Positions 1-9,800 of a DNA stretch of 64,000 bases are shown piece by piece. The notes under the pieces are model-generated. The model saw only the letters and a list, made by a program, of their open reading frames with translations, had not been told where the DNA came from and ran no database searches. The stretch spans positions 46,686,001 to 46,750,000 of the forward strand of contig OY740790.1 in NCBI GenBank assembly GCA_963514005.1, in the 5' to 3' direction. The translations under genes were made by a program, and so were the position numbers. The stretch's first letter is position 1. Each line of letters begins with the position of its first letter. This DNA is from Raja brachyura (Eukaryota).

Positions 1-310
1 CACCACCCTGGCCACACAGTCATCTCCCTGCTACCTTCGGATAGAAGGTACAGGAGCCTGAGGACTGCAACGACCCGGTTCAGGAATAGCTACTTCCACA
101 AAGCCATCAGGCTCTTAAACTTGGCTTGGACAAAACTTTGAACATTAATATCCCTCCATCTGTTATTTGCACTTTATTAATTTATTAATTCATGTGTGTA
201 TTTACGTATATAATTGTAGTCAATGCCTACTGTGTTCTGTTGTGCTGTGCAAAGAAAGAATTTCATTGTCCTGTCAGAGACACATAACAATAAACTCTTT
301 TGACTGACTT
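1..310 (+). mobile_element. 3' end of a Rex1/Babar-type LINE
   Basis: Translates HHPGHTVISLLPSDRRYRSLRTATTRFRNSYFHKAIRLLN, typical of the Rex1/Babar C-terminus; followed by AATAAA and a tgac-type tail. Confidence 0.7.
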
Positions 311-1360
311 TTTTTTTGAGCTCTGGCTTTGTTTTATCAACATTTCCTTCAAAACATAACATACTGATAATGTAGAGAACATCTCTCCAACATCCATGGA
401 CTAAAAGATGATGATAATTCAAATGGAATGCGCTTATCAAAAGGTTCAAAACAATCCAAGGTCGGTCTGGCTGTTTTTTTACACAGACTTGAAAAACACT
501 TTCTGAGTCTCTGTTACATTTGCCGTTTAAAATTAAAGCTTCACATTTTGAAATTCAATGAATAATAATCGATTTGTACTCACAAATCCTGTGATATTGT
601 CTTCAGATAAGTCTCAATGCTGTCGATAGACCTCAAGGCCTCCTCTGGCTGAGATCTATTATCTTCAGTTCCTCCTGGAACCAGTCCTCTGGTTATGTCT
701 CTCTGAGATCTTAGCCTTCTCCTGTGACGGAGGTCTCTCTTCGACAATCTTCTGTCCCACTCTCAGGGACTGGTATTTAACACCCCTGCCGGAGGTTCCC
801 TTCGACTTAATGTAGCAGCAGATTTTCATATCTTTCGAGAAATTAACTCCCTAGCCACTAAATGGATGAGCATGGATAAGGGGGGTGTCTTTGATGTGCA
901 TGTGAGCTCACCCACAGAGGCGTTCAGAGCTTGTTCACAGATATGGCTTCAAAACAGAATTTTGATGAATAAATGCTTTATTGTTGGTAGAAAACAGTAA
1001 GGTACATCCAAATTTCCTCCACTCATTACTACAATCTTCATTGAACTCCAGCTTATTACTTCAAACATTAGAACACTCCTTGTGTCTCCATTATACTTAC
1101 ATGGTCTCCTTTGGAACTGACATGATCTCCTTTATGGCTCACATGGTCGAAGGGTTAACCTTCTCCCTACTCGCTCCAAACTGCACTAAAACCTAAACTT
1201 CTGCGCAAGCATCTTAGCTCCAAACATGCCCAAAAACACGTCATAACTCCCACCCACAATATAACAGCCAGTCTAATATTTAAATGCCATCATCAATGAC
1301 ATGCAAAACAGGCCAAATGGCCACTACTTCCACTGCTTCCACCCAGTGCTTGGTGCCTAC

Positions 1361-1622
1361 TTCCAGCAGCCACTCACTGGTTGTCCTCCAGGATGCATCG
1401 AACCGCAGCCTGGTCCATGCCGGTCACCAGGGTGAATTTGGCGCAGGGACTCTCACGGCAGTGGCGCAATGCTTCCTCCTCGCCTTCGACTCGAGGCCCG
1501 GCTGCCTCCGCCGGCCCAGGACTCTTGCAGTGAGGCTGCTGCGCCATGGCCAGAGCCCTGCAAACACTCACCATCCCCGGCTCCCCGTCCACATCTCCTC
1601 CCGCCGCTGATTCTGCTTCCAT
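1361..1622 (-). pseudogene. TDP2-like first exon (UBA-like domain), frameshifted by an apparent 4-nt duplication
   Basis: RESPCAKFTLVTGMDQAAVRCILEDNQ then WLLE in another frame, followed by donor GAA|GTAGGC; resembles the TDP2 N-terminus (LCVEFASVASCDAAVAQCFLAENDWEME). In-frame ATGs at 1622 and 1547 (gccATGG); GC box near 1631-1640. Confidence 0.5.
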
Positions 1623-1726
1623 CCCTCCCTCCGCCCCGCCTCTCCAACACCCATGACTAGGTTGCTCAGCACACAGCAGCACCTCGTCCACAGCCGGAGA
1701 CACTGAAACATGTCTAGCCAAAATCA

Positions 1727-1958
1727 AAGATTGACAGAAATTGCTGGAGTAACAGTGGGACAGGCAGCATCTCTGGAGAGAAGGAATGGGTGACGTTTCG
1801 GGTCAAGACCCTTTCTCAGACTGATGCCAGGAGAGAGGGACGTAAGGAAATGTAAGGTGTGAAAACAGGACTAAGGGAATTAAGTTCAAGGAAAATGTAG
1901 AATAGATCGTTGTTAGCTTCGAGAAGATGACAACAAAGCGAACAGAGTTAACATTTAA
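1727..1958 (-). mobile_element. Penelope-like terminal repeat fragment with degenerate hammerhead motif
   Basis: gctggagtaac...gcagcatctctggagagaagg...gacgtttcgggtcaagaccc; the same repeat recurs many times in the window. Confidence 0.6.
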
Positions 1959-2093
1959 TCTTCTTCTTGCGTATGGCGTGCATAGCCTAAAGTAGTAGGT
2001 CAACTTGTTCTATTTGATCATGTTTGTGCACTTCGGGTTAATTGCATTACTCAAAACAGGGTGGACCACGTGAACGTTGCAGTCTCCCACCCT
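1959..2093 (-). mobile_element. Decayed copy of the short (AAG)n-tailed retroelement with a 5' HDV-like ribozyme
   Basis: Reverse complement aligns with 9231-9430; tail catacgcaagaagaaga; the putative catalytic C position reads G. Confidence 0.8.
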
Positions 2094-2110
2094 GGGGGGA
2101 CAGTCAAAGA

Positions 2111-3289
2111 CACAGATCATAGAGCGGAGCAAGATACTCCACTTGCCGAAAAAGCCATAATACGTCAAGGGTAATTTTTCACGCCATCTTAATGGGCTCG
2201 TGATTACCGTCATGACGTCCACATCTACATCTCCAGCTCACTGACTGTATGATACGGACGTGCTGACTGAAAATCACACCCTTACGATCAATTATTTTAG
2301 GATAAGCCTTTCTAGAGAACATGCTACTTTTTGCTGCACCCATTTTCAAAAAATAGAATTTTAATTTGCCGTTTCATTGGTACAAGGAGACTGCAAAGCT
2401 CATAAAATCTATTTTCTACCACTGTAACTTTCTACATTTCTACTTTTGGCTATGTATGTAGCAATGATGGCTCATGGTATTTTCTCCCACATTATATTCA
2501 TAACAACATATATAAATAAGTGAAATTTTCAATCTTTCCAGCCCCTTAAAAAATGTCTGAAGAAGGGACCCGACCCTAAACATCACCTAGCCATTCCCAT
2601 AGATAGATGCTGCCTGTTCCGCTGAGTTACTCCAGCTTTTTGTGCCTATGTTCAATTTCAGAGTTAAATAAAAAAACAGAGTGCTAGAAGAACTCAGCGG
2701 GCTAGGCGGCATCTGTGGAGGGAATGGATTAGGAGTTGTTTCGGGCCAGGGTTCTTCTTCAATAGGAAGGAAATGCAGTTGTCTTTGCAAAACGCCAAAT
2801 GATTCCGGGAATGCCGAGGTGAGAGGGTGACAGGGTGAGAGAGTGAGCGAGAGATAGAGAGGGGGAGACAGGGAGATGGGGAGTGGGAGGGAGCACGCGG
2901 GAGAGAGGGGAGGGAGAGAGCGAGAGACAGAGAGAATCAGCGAGAGGAAGAGAGAGAGGGGGAGAGAGACAGGGAGAGAGCGAGAAAGAATGAGATATAG
3001 AGAGATTCCAGCCTCTTAACCCCAAACACCATTGTAGATCAAACTTACAAAGATAATCATCCAGATCTTGATATTTTAAATACTAACATATTCTTTCATT
3101 TTTTAAGCAGCAAGATCTTAAGTCAGTTTCACCAGGTTATTACTTTTCCATTGGCAAGTGGTATGTTAATGAAACAAGAAGTCAGGTTGAGCATTCCAAG
3201 ATGGCGGCCGTTACGCTCTGTTACGTACTACACCTCAGTGCATTGGATTATGCAGGAGTGGAGTATCTTGCTCCGCTCTATCATCTTTG
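2111..3289. mobile_element. Non-autonomous P-element-like DNA transposon (element A)
   Basis: 33-bp TIRs at 2111-2143 and 3257-3289 (2 mismatches) with CANAG termini; 8-bp flanks gtcaaaga/gtcagaga. Confidence 0.7.
2820..3004. repeat. GA-rich low-complexity tract
   Basis: Imperfect (GA)n polypurine run. Confidence 0.85.
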
Positions 3290-4335
3290 GTCAGAGAGCT
3301 CACTTTATTTCATGGAGCCGTCATCATGTTTATCAAAGATCCTATAGCGAGCAAGATAGTTCATTCAACGAAAAAGACGTAGTACGGTCATGGGCAGATT
3401 CATGGGTAATCTTCGGCCCCATTTCCGTAACCGGTTTTCGTCTCCGCCATCTTTGTCCGCCATAGCGGAGCAAAGATAATAGTGTGGAGACAGAAGCCGG
3501 ATACGGAAACATCCTCGTAAAAATCAAACATCTTTGGTAAAAATGTTTTCCTCATTTTCTTTCTGTCTCTCTGCCACAATTAAAGGCAAAATGATGCCTA
3601 TGTTCCTTCCACAACGAGTGGGAAGTATGGCACGGCTGGGACGCCAGGGTAAAGTTGCGGGGAGGTTTGCAGTGTAATTTTATGTAATGGTGTCCCTTGT
3701 CTGGGCCTTGAGTCCAAAGTAAAGTTTATCATCATATATAAAATCTGGAGAAATGTATATGTATGTTATATGATTATATACATCTATATCACATTCATAT
3801 ATGTGTGTATGTGTGTTCTTTCCTACACAATCTAATCAGTGTATGGTCGCTGAATAAACCATCCTTAAGTTATACATCGTATTTTAATCTAGCTCAAAAC
3901 AAATTTTATTTTGTTAAATACTTCATTTAGATAACCCCACCATTACAGACAGATCTCATTCCACTCTCTGGCTATTGGGAAGACCAGATCCATTTTATTG
4001 TTGAAAAACAATTCCATAGACAGGCCCATACGAAACTTTCCAAAAAGGTGGGTGGCATGACAAGATTACAGAAAATTTAACGTGACCAATATTTCAGAAA
4101 TTAACAGGAATCAGGTAGCTTTTTCACACAAAGGGTGCTGGGTGTATGGAACACGCTGCCAGAGGAGGTAGTTAAAGCTGGGACTAAAAAGTTAAGAAGA
4201 AAAATGCATGTAGATAAGTAGAGCAGATTTGAAAGAGGAGTGAAATGTAAAGGCAGAGAGAGGTTTATGGGTGGAAAGGAACATAGGAAAGGAGGGGGGA
4301 GAGTGGGCTTGGGAGATGGGTGAAGGGAAAATAGA

Positions 4336-4555
4336 CACAAAGTGTTGGAGTAACTCAGTGGGTCAGGCAGCATCTGCGGAGAATATGAATAGGCGACGTT
4401 TCACAGAGTACTGGAGTAACTCAGCGGGTCAGGCAGCATCTCTAGAGAACATGGATAGATGACATGTCACAGAGTGTTGGAGTAACTCAGTGAGTCAGGC
4501 AGCATCCCTGGGGAAAAGGTATACATTATATTTTGGGTCAAGACCGTTCTTCAGT
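4336..4555. repeat. Three tandem 66-bp units of the Penelope-like terminal repeat
   Basis: Units start at 4336, 4402 and 4468 (caca(a/g)agt..tggagtaactcag..ggtcaggcagcatc). Confidence 0.75.
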
Positions 4556-4714
4556 AATATTCATGATGTAACATGCATTTATGATTCCTGAATGTTACCC
4601 AAACCATCGTGAGCTAATTTGTTACGGTGCTTGCCCTCTCCTATAACTTGGGTGATGCAGGATAGGACACAAGCTTTGGGACACGGTGTGAAGCTGTTGC
4701 CGTCTGTCCCAGCC

Positions 4715-5960
4715 TGGTAAAGATCTGGGTGGAGTGGATGTTTCCACTAGTGGGAGAGTCTAGGACCAGTGGCCACAGCCTTGGAATTAAAAGACATTCC
4801 TTTAGGAAGGAGATGAGCAGGAATCTCTTAAGTCAGAGGGTGGTGAACTGTGGAATTCATTGCCACAGACAGCTGTGGAGGTCAAGTCAATGGAGGAGAA
4901 TTTTTCAGGAGGAGATTGATAGATTCTTGATTGATACGGGTGTCAAGAGGTAATGGGGAGAAGGCAGGAGATTGGGGTTTTGAGAGGGAAAGATAGATAG
5001 TCATAGAGTGATACAGGGTGGAAACAGGCCCTTCGGCACAGCATGTCCCATCTGCACTAGTCCCACCTGCCCACGTTTGATCCATATCCCTCCGAACCTG
5101 TCCTATCCATGTACCTGTCTAACTGTTTCTTAAATGTTGCGATAGTTCCCGCCTAAACTACCTCCTCTGGCAGCTTGTTACATACACCTACTACCCTTTG
5201 TGTGAAAAACATACCCCTCAGATTCCTATTAAATCTTTTGGCTTCACCTTAAACATATGTCCTCTGCTCCTCGATTCACCTACTCTGGGCAAAGGACTCA
5301 ACCATATCTATTCAAATCATGATTTTATACACCTCTATTAGATCATCCCTCATCCTCCTGTGCTCCATGAAATAGAGTCCCAGCCTACTCAACCTCTCCC
5401 TATAGCTCTGGCCCTCTAGTGCTGGCAACATCCTCATAAATCTTCACTGTATCCTTTCCAGTTTGATGACATCTTTCCTATAACATGGTGCCCACAACTG
5501 AATACAATACTCTTGAATGCGGCCTCACCACCTTCTTATGCAACTGCAACATGACATCCCAACCTCTATACTCAGCCTGACCCACTGAGTTACTCCAACA
5601 CTCTGTGAAACGTCTCAGAACAGGGCAAGATAAGCAAGTTTTCTGATGATACAGAAGTGAGTGGTTTTGCATGTAGTGAAGATGGTTGTGAAAGATTGCA
5701 GCAGCATCTGGATCAATTAGCCAGGTGGGCAGAGGAATGGTTGATGGTTGCATGGTTCTTTGAAGGTCGTGTCGCAGGTGTATCAGGTGGTCAAAACGTA
5801 TTTTGGCACTTTGGCCTTCATCAGTCAAAGTATTGAGTGTAGAAGTTGGGAGATCACGTTGCAGTTGTATAAGACGTTGGTGAGACCGCATTTAGAAAAT
5901 TGTGTTCAGTTCTGGGCACCATGTTATAGGAAAGATGTCAAACTGAAAAGAGTACAGAGA
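4715..5960. mobile_element. CR1/HER1 LINE 3' fragments in both orientations
   Basis: MFPLVGESRTSGHSL; LYKTLVRPHLENCVQFWAP motifs. Confidence 0.75.
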
Positions 5961-6555
5961 TCCCCATCCTGGATCAGTCCAATCAAGGTTGTGTCGTCCG
6001 CAAACTTGAGAAGCTTGACAAAGGTGTCTGTGGAGGTGCAGTCATTGGTGTGGCGAGAGTAGGGGAAAGGGGAGAGTATGCATCTTGCGGTGCTCCTATG
6101 CTGAGCATATGCAGGTCCGAGATATGCTTTCCCGTCTCACATGCTGCTTCCTGTCTGTCAGAAAGGCGGTGATCCACCGACAGAGGGGTTCAGGCACAGT
6201 CAACTCAGAAAGTTTGGAGTGTAATAGCTCTGGCACAATGGTGTTGAATGCAGAGCTAAAATCAACAAACAAAATCCCCGCATAGGTCCCCTGGCGGTCT
6301 AGGTGCTGGAGGATGAAGTGTAGGCCCAGATTGACTGTGTCATCCACAGATCTATTGGCCCAATATGCAAAATGCAGGGGTCCAGCAGAGGGATTGTGAT
6401 ATTTTTCAGCTTGGCCAGCACAAGCCTTTCAACGGTCTTCATGACTACAGAGGTCAGTGCGACAGGCCTGTAGTCATTAAGACCAGTAATCCTTGCCTTT
6501 TTGGGTACAGGGACGATAGTGGAGACTTTGAAGCAGGCAAGGACAGTACATCTTT
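5960..6555 (-). mobile_element. Rex1/Babar LINE reverse transcriptase fragment
   Basis: [25 protein letters not shown]...CRWITAFLTDRKQHV. Confidence 0.8.
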
Positions 6556-6559
6556 GCAG

Positions 6560-6720
6560 GGAGTGGCGGGGGTGGGGGTGGTGTGGGCCCAGCGGGGATC
6601 AGCGGGGGTGGCGTGGGCCCAGCGGGGGTGGCGTGGGCCCAGCGTAGGTGGAGTGGGCCAGCGGGGGTGGCGTGGGCCCAGCGGGGGTGGCGTGGGACCG
6701 GTGGGGGGAGGGGCGTGGGG
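6560..6720. repeat. GC-rich minisatellite, unit about 20 bp (ggcgtgggcccagcgggggt)
   Basis: About 5-6 imperfect tandem copies with dense G-runs. Confidence 0.8.
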
Positions 6721-7772
6721 GGAAGATGGCTTGGGCTCCAGCGGCAGGGGGAGCGGGCCCTGCCGCAGCGGCGTCTGGTGTTGGAGTTACAGCTGCTGGG
6801 TTCAGATTCAGCCACTCCCGCCCGGCGACAGGAGAACGGTCTCCTGGTCGCCAGGCTGGCCGTTGGTGAGGCTCTGACGCCGCTGATGGAGACGCTGGAC
6901 CGGGCGGGCAGACACCGCACCCCGGACCCTCCCCCCCCTGGCCTGGAGAAATGGGCATTCCCTTATCCTGCGGGCCAGATTAGACCCCCTCATGGGTAGT
7001 TTGAACCAAGGATAAAAAGGACTCCCCCTCCTGAAACGCAATATTCCACTACTTACCTGAAGTAGACAACATGAGGCATCGAGCTCAATGTGTGGAGTGC
7101 AAATGGCAGTCTGATCCCACCTGGGCTCACTGCGCACAGGCAGAGAGGCGGTCTCATCTTGTGTCGCTTCCCCAACTGCGCAGGCGCGGATGGTTGCAGT
7201 TTTATTCTCCCAAATCATCCAGTGGCCGGAACCAGAATTTTGGGTGTTTTTCCAACAAATTGGAAACGCTGATTTTTTTCTCCGACTTTTTTTCCTCGGG
7301 ATTTTTTCTTACTTTCGGGCGCTTTTCCGACAAATTGGAAACGCGGATTTCTTTTTTGATTTTTTTATTTTCAAAGTTTTTCCTCTGGATTTTTTCTGAA
7401 AAAGGGAAAAGGGGGGTGCCGTCGCACCCAACGCACCCCCCCTTCGGACGGCCATGATAGACACAAAAAATCATTGAGGAACATTAAGGAACATTCCAAG
7501 AGTAGAGCAACTGGAATCTTCATATTGCTATTATTTTTCCAAATACCACAGTTCTGATTAGATGAATTACAGAGTGCAAGATATAAAAATCAACTCAAAC
7601 AGCACATGAGCCATTTAAAAAGAAAAGTTTAAAAAAAAACATTAAAAAGACAATTAACAGAATCATAATTTGTTAACATATTAATCTTTAACAAGATTTA
7701 ACAGCATTATGAATGAACAGAATTATGAATCTAACCCTCTATCACACACGCAAACTGTTCCCCCGCAACGCT

Positions 7773-7818
7773 GATTACACCAAAGATCCTGCTCCGCTAT
7801 ACGCTCTTTGGATTACAC
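7773..7818. mobile_element. P-like footprint: 30-bp fused TIR remnant between perfect 8-bp direct repeats
   Basis: gattacac-CAAAGATCCTGCTCCGCTATACGCTCTTTG-gattacac. Confidence 0.7.
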
Positions 7819-7934
7819 TGCGAGAGGGATTTACAAATCGGGTCGGGTTACTGAAATGTCCGCTCCGTTGCTACTACACGTCAGCCCATTGCATTTAGCA
7901 GGAGAGGACTATCTTGCTCGCTATAGGATATTTG

Positions 7935-8120
7935 GTGTTTATCAGCCGCAGCGCCCCCTGCTGTGCCGGGGGACTCAGCAATCGCTCGGCCTGCAGAGAA
8001 GGTGAGTTGATGGTTGGCAGGCAACGAGACTGATCGTTCACGGCACTGCCGACGTCCGTGGAAGAAGAAGAAACAGCAGCGGCAGCAGCGGCAGCAGCGG
8101 GCCCGGGGGTGACGGGCATC
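7935..8120 (+). promoter_or_regulatory. IPP: CpG-rich IPP promoter/5' UTR
   Basis: CpG-dense segment directly upstream of the ATG; (GCA/GCG) repeat at 8074-8100. Confidence 0.6.
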
Positions 8121-8442
8121 ATGGCTCACTGCGTGTACCCGAGGCCGGGGCCGGGGTCGGGGTCGATCCCGGTGTTGGAGCAGGTTGGCTGGGCTAGCGA
8201 CAGACACGCACGGATCCTGCTGGCCCAGATCAACCGCATGAGGGCCCGCGACGACTTCTGCGACGTGCGGCTGCAGGTGGAGCAGCAGGTCTTCAGCGTC
8301 CACAGGCTGGTGCTGGCCGCCAGCAGCCCCTACTTCGCCGTGCTCTTCGCAGGGGGCTTGCAGGAAACCGGCCAGAGCCTCGTCCACATCCACGGCATCG
8401 AGGCAGAAATCTTCACGCTGCTGCTTGACTTTATTTACACCG
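8121..8442 (+). CDS. IPP: Actin-binding protein IPP (KLHL27), coding exon 1, BTB domain
   Basis: ggcatcATGG; SDRHARILLAQINRMR...FCDVRLQV...HRLVLAASSPYF...LLDFIYTG; donor gtgaga at 8443. Confidence 0.93.
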
Positions 8443-8475
8443 GTGAGAGGATGGATCAATGTTCTCCTGTCGCGT

Positions 8476-8678
8476 AAGATAGACACAAAATGCTGGAGTA
8501 ACGCAGCGGGACAGGCAGGCAGCGTCCCTGAAGAGAAGGAATTGGTGATGTTTCGGGTCGAGACCCTTCTTCGGACTGCCTGAGGAAGGGTGTCGACCCA
8601 AAACATCACCCATCTTTTCTCGCCAGAGATGCTGCCTGCCTGTCCCGCTGAGTTACTCCAGCATTTTGTGTCTATCTT
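8476..8678. repeat. Palindromic pair of Penelope-like ends (arms about 100 bp)
   Basis: aagatagacacaaaatgctggagtaac... versus ...gttactccagcattttgtgtctatctt; a degenerate hammerhead core on each strand. Confidence 0.8.
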
Positions 8679-9230
8679 CCGTGTAAGCCAGCATCTGCAG
8701 TTTCTTCCTACATGTTTATTTTGTCGCTTCACAGACCCAGTTGCAAACCATCGAGAATAAAGTCATTGCGTTGGGGGAGAAAACATTGGATCACAGATCA
8801 AAGGGAGAATTCCGCTTTAAAGCTTAAAACCATTCTCTTTGATCAAACTATTGGTCACTCTCGTGTGGCTTCACTTCTCTTTTTATTTGGTTAATGTGTG
8901 TGAAGGCCCCCGTCACTTTATTCTGCACTTAAAGGCAAAATAAATGCAGTGTTGTGACCGCATGCCCTTCGACATCATTACACACAGTGAGGTACCCACC
9001 TAATAAAGTCACAACATGGGACTATTTGAATGTTAAACATTAGCCAACATGATCAAAATAAAGATGTCTGTGTTGTATACTATTGAATAATGCAACCAGG
9101 TGACTGAAAGACTGAAGGGAATTATCATGGATTGCAGTATATAAATTGAAAAGATATGTATGAATTAGTTAAAAGATTCTTCAGCTTTAAGAGTGAGTGT
9201 CATTCCAATCAACTTTAGTAAGCAAACTGG

Positions 9231-9289
9231 GGGGTGGGGGGGGAGATTGCAACCTTCACGTGGTCCGTCCTGTTTCGACAAATGCAATC
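9231..9289 (+). ncRNA. Predicted minimal HDV-like (CPEB3-type) self-cleaving ribozyme
   Basis: P1 GGGGUGG/CCGUCCU with G1.U wobble, P2 GAUUGCA/UGCAAUC, P3 ACC/GGU, L3 UUCACGU, then GU, stub P4 UUCGA, J4/2 CAAA. Confidence 0.75.
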
Positions 9290-9430
9290 AACCCGGCGTG
9301 CACAATCAAATAAGATCAAATAGAACAAGTTATCTGACAACTTTAGGCTGTGCACTATCAAATAAGATCAAATAGAACAAGTTATCTTGCAACTTTAGGC
9401 TGTGCACGCCCTACGCAAGAAGAAGAAGAA
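9231..9430 (+). mobile_element. Short non-autonomous retroelement with (AAG)n tail, probably Ingi/Vingi-dependent
   Basis: TSD aaactgg(gg) at 9224-9230 and 9430-9436; internal 52-bp tandem duplication 9298-9401; tail tacgcaagaagaagaagaa. Confidence 0.8.
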
Positions 9431-9485
9431 AACTGGGGCATTTGACTGAGATCAGGTAGTTCTTGGGGCCTGCACTGGTATTAGC

Positions 9486-9800
9486 AGTGCACAGTGGTAC
9501 AGTGGTAGAGTTGCTGCCTCACAGCTCCAGAGACCCGGGTTTGATCCTGACTGAGGGTGCTGTCAGTACGAAGTTTGTATGTTCTCCCTGTGACTGCATG
9601 GGTTTTCTGGTTTTATGGTGCTCTGGTTTCCTCCCACACTCCATGAGGTACAGGTTTGTAGGTTAATTGCTTCGGTAAAAATTGTAAATTGTCCCTGGTA
9701 TGTAGGATAGTGCATATGTACGGGGTGTTCGCTGATCGGCACGGAGTACGTGGGCCGAAGGGCCTGTTTCCGCACAGTAGCTCTAAAGTTTAAAGTCTAA
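9486..9800 (+). mobile_element. tRNA-derived V-domain SINE (HE1-like)
   Basis: A/B-box-like head (gtggtacagtggtag...gggtttgatcc), V-domain (agtttgtatgttctccc...ggtttcctcccacac), CR1-like tail gggccgaagggcctgttt. Confidence 0.8.

Larger units (their letters stand above)
3334..7934. mobile_element. Non-autonomous P-element-like DNA transposon (element B) with nested retroelement fragments
   Basis: 27-bp TIRs at 3334-3360 (caaagatcctatagcgagcaagatagt) and 7908-7934 (1 mismatch); flanks atgtttat/gtgtttat; subterminal sequences resemble element A. Confidence 0.7.

Noticed and set aside
932-1266. Possible solo LTR (tgtt...aaca, AATAAA on minus)
   Set aside because: No TSD and no second copy, so unsupported
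4336-4555. CRISPR-like periodicity (also 50797-50933)
   Set aside because: Whole units repeat with no unique spacers; eukaryotic context; no cas genes
6365-7218. Overlapping ORFs of 120-170 aa
   Set aside because: Artefacts of GC-rich tandem repeats; no recognisable domain
8058-8120. Poly-Ala N-terminal extension of IPP in the ORF track
   Set aside because: Starts at GTG; the ATG at 8121 has a good context and gives a length close to known IPP; the tract is likely a UTR microsatellite
7881-8732. 283-aa antisense ORF over the first IPP coding exon
   Set aside because: Shadow of a GC-rich coding exon plus repeat sequence
9490-9555. tRNA gene
   Set aside because: Degenerate SINE head; no complete cloverleaf
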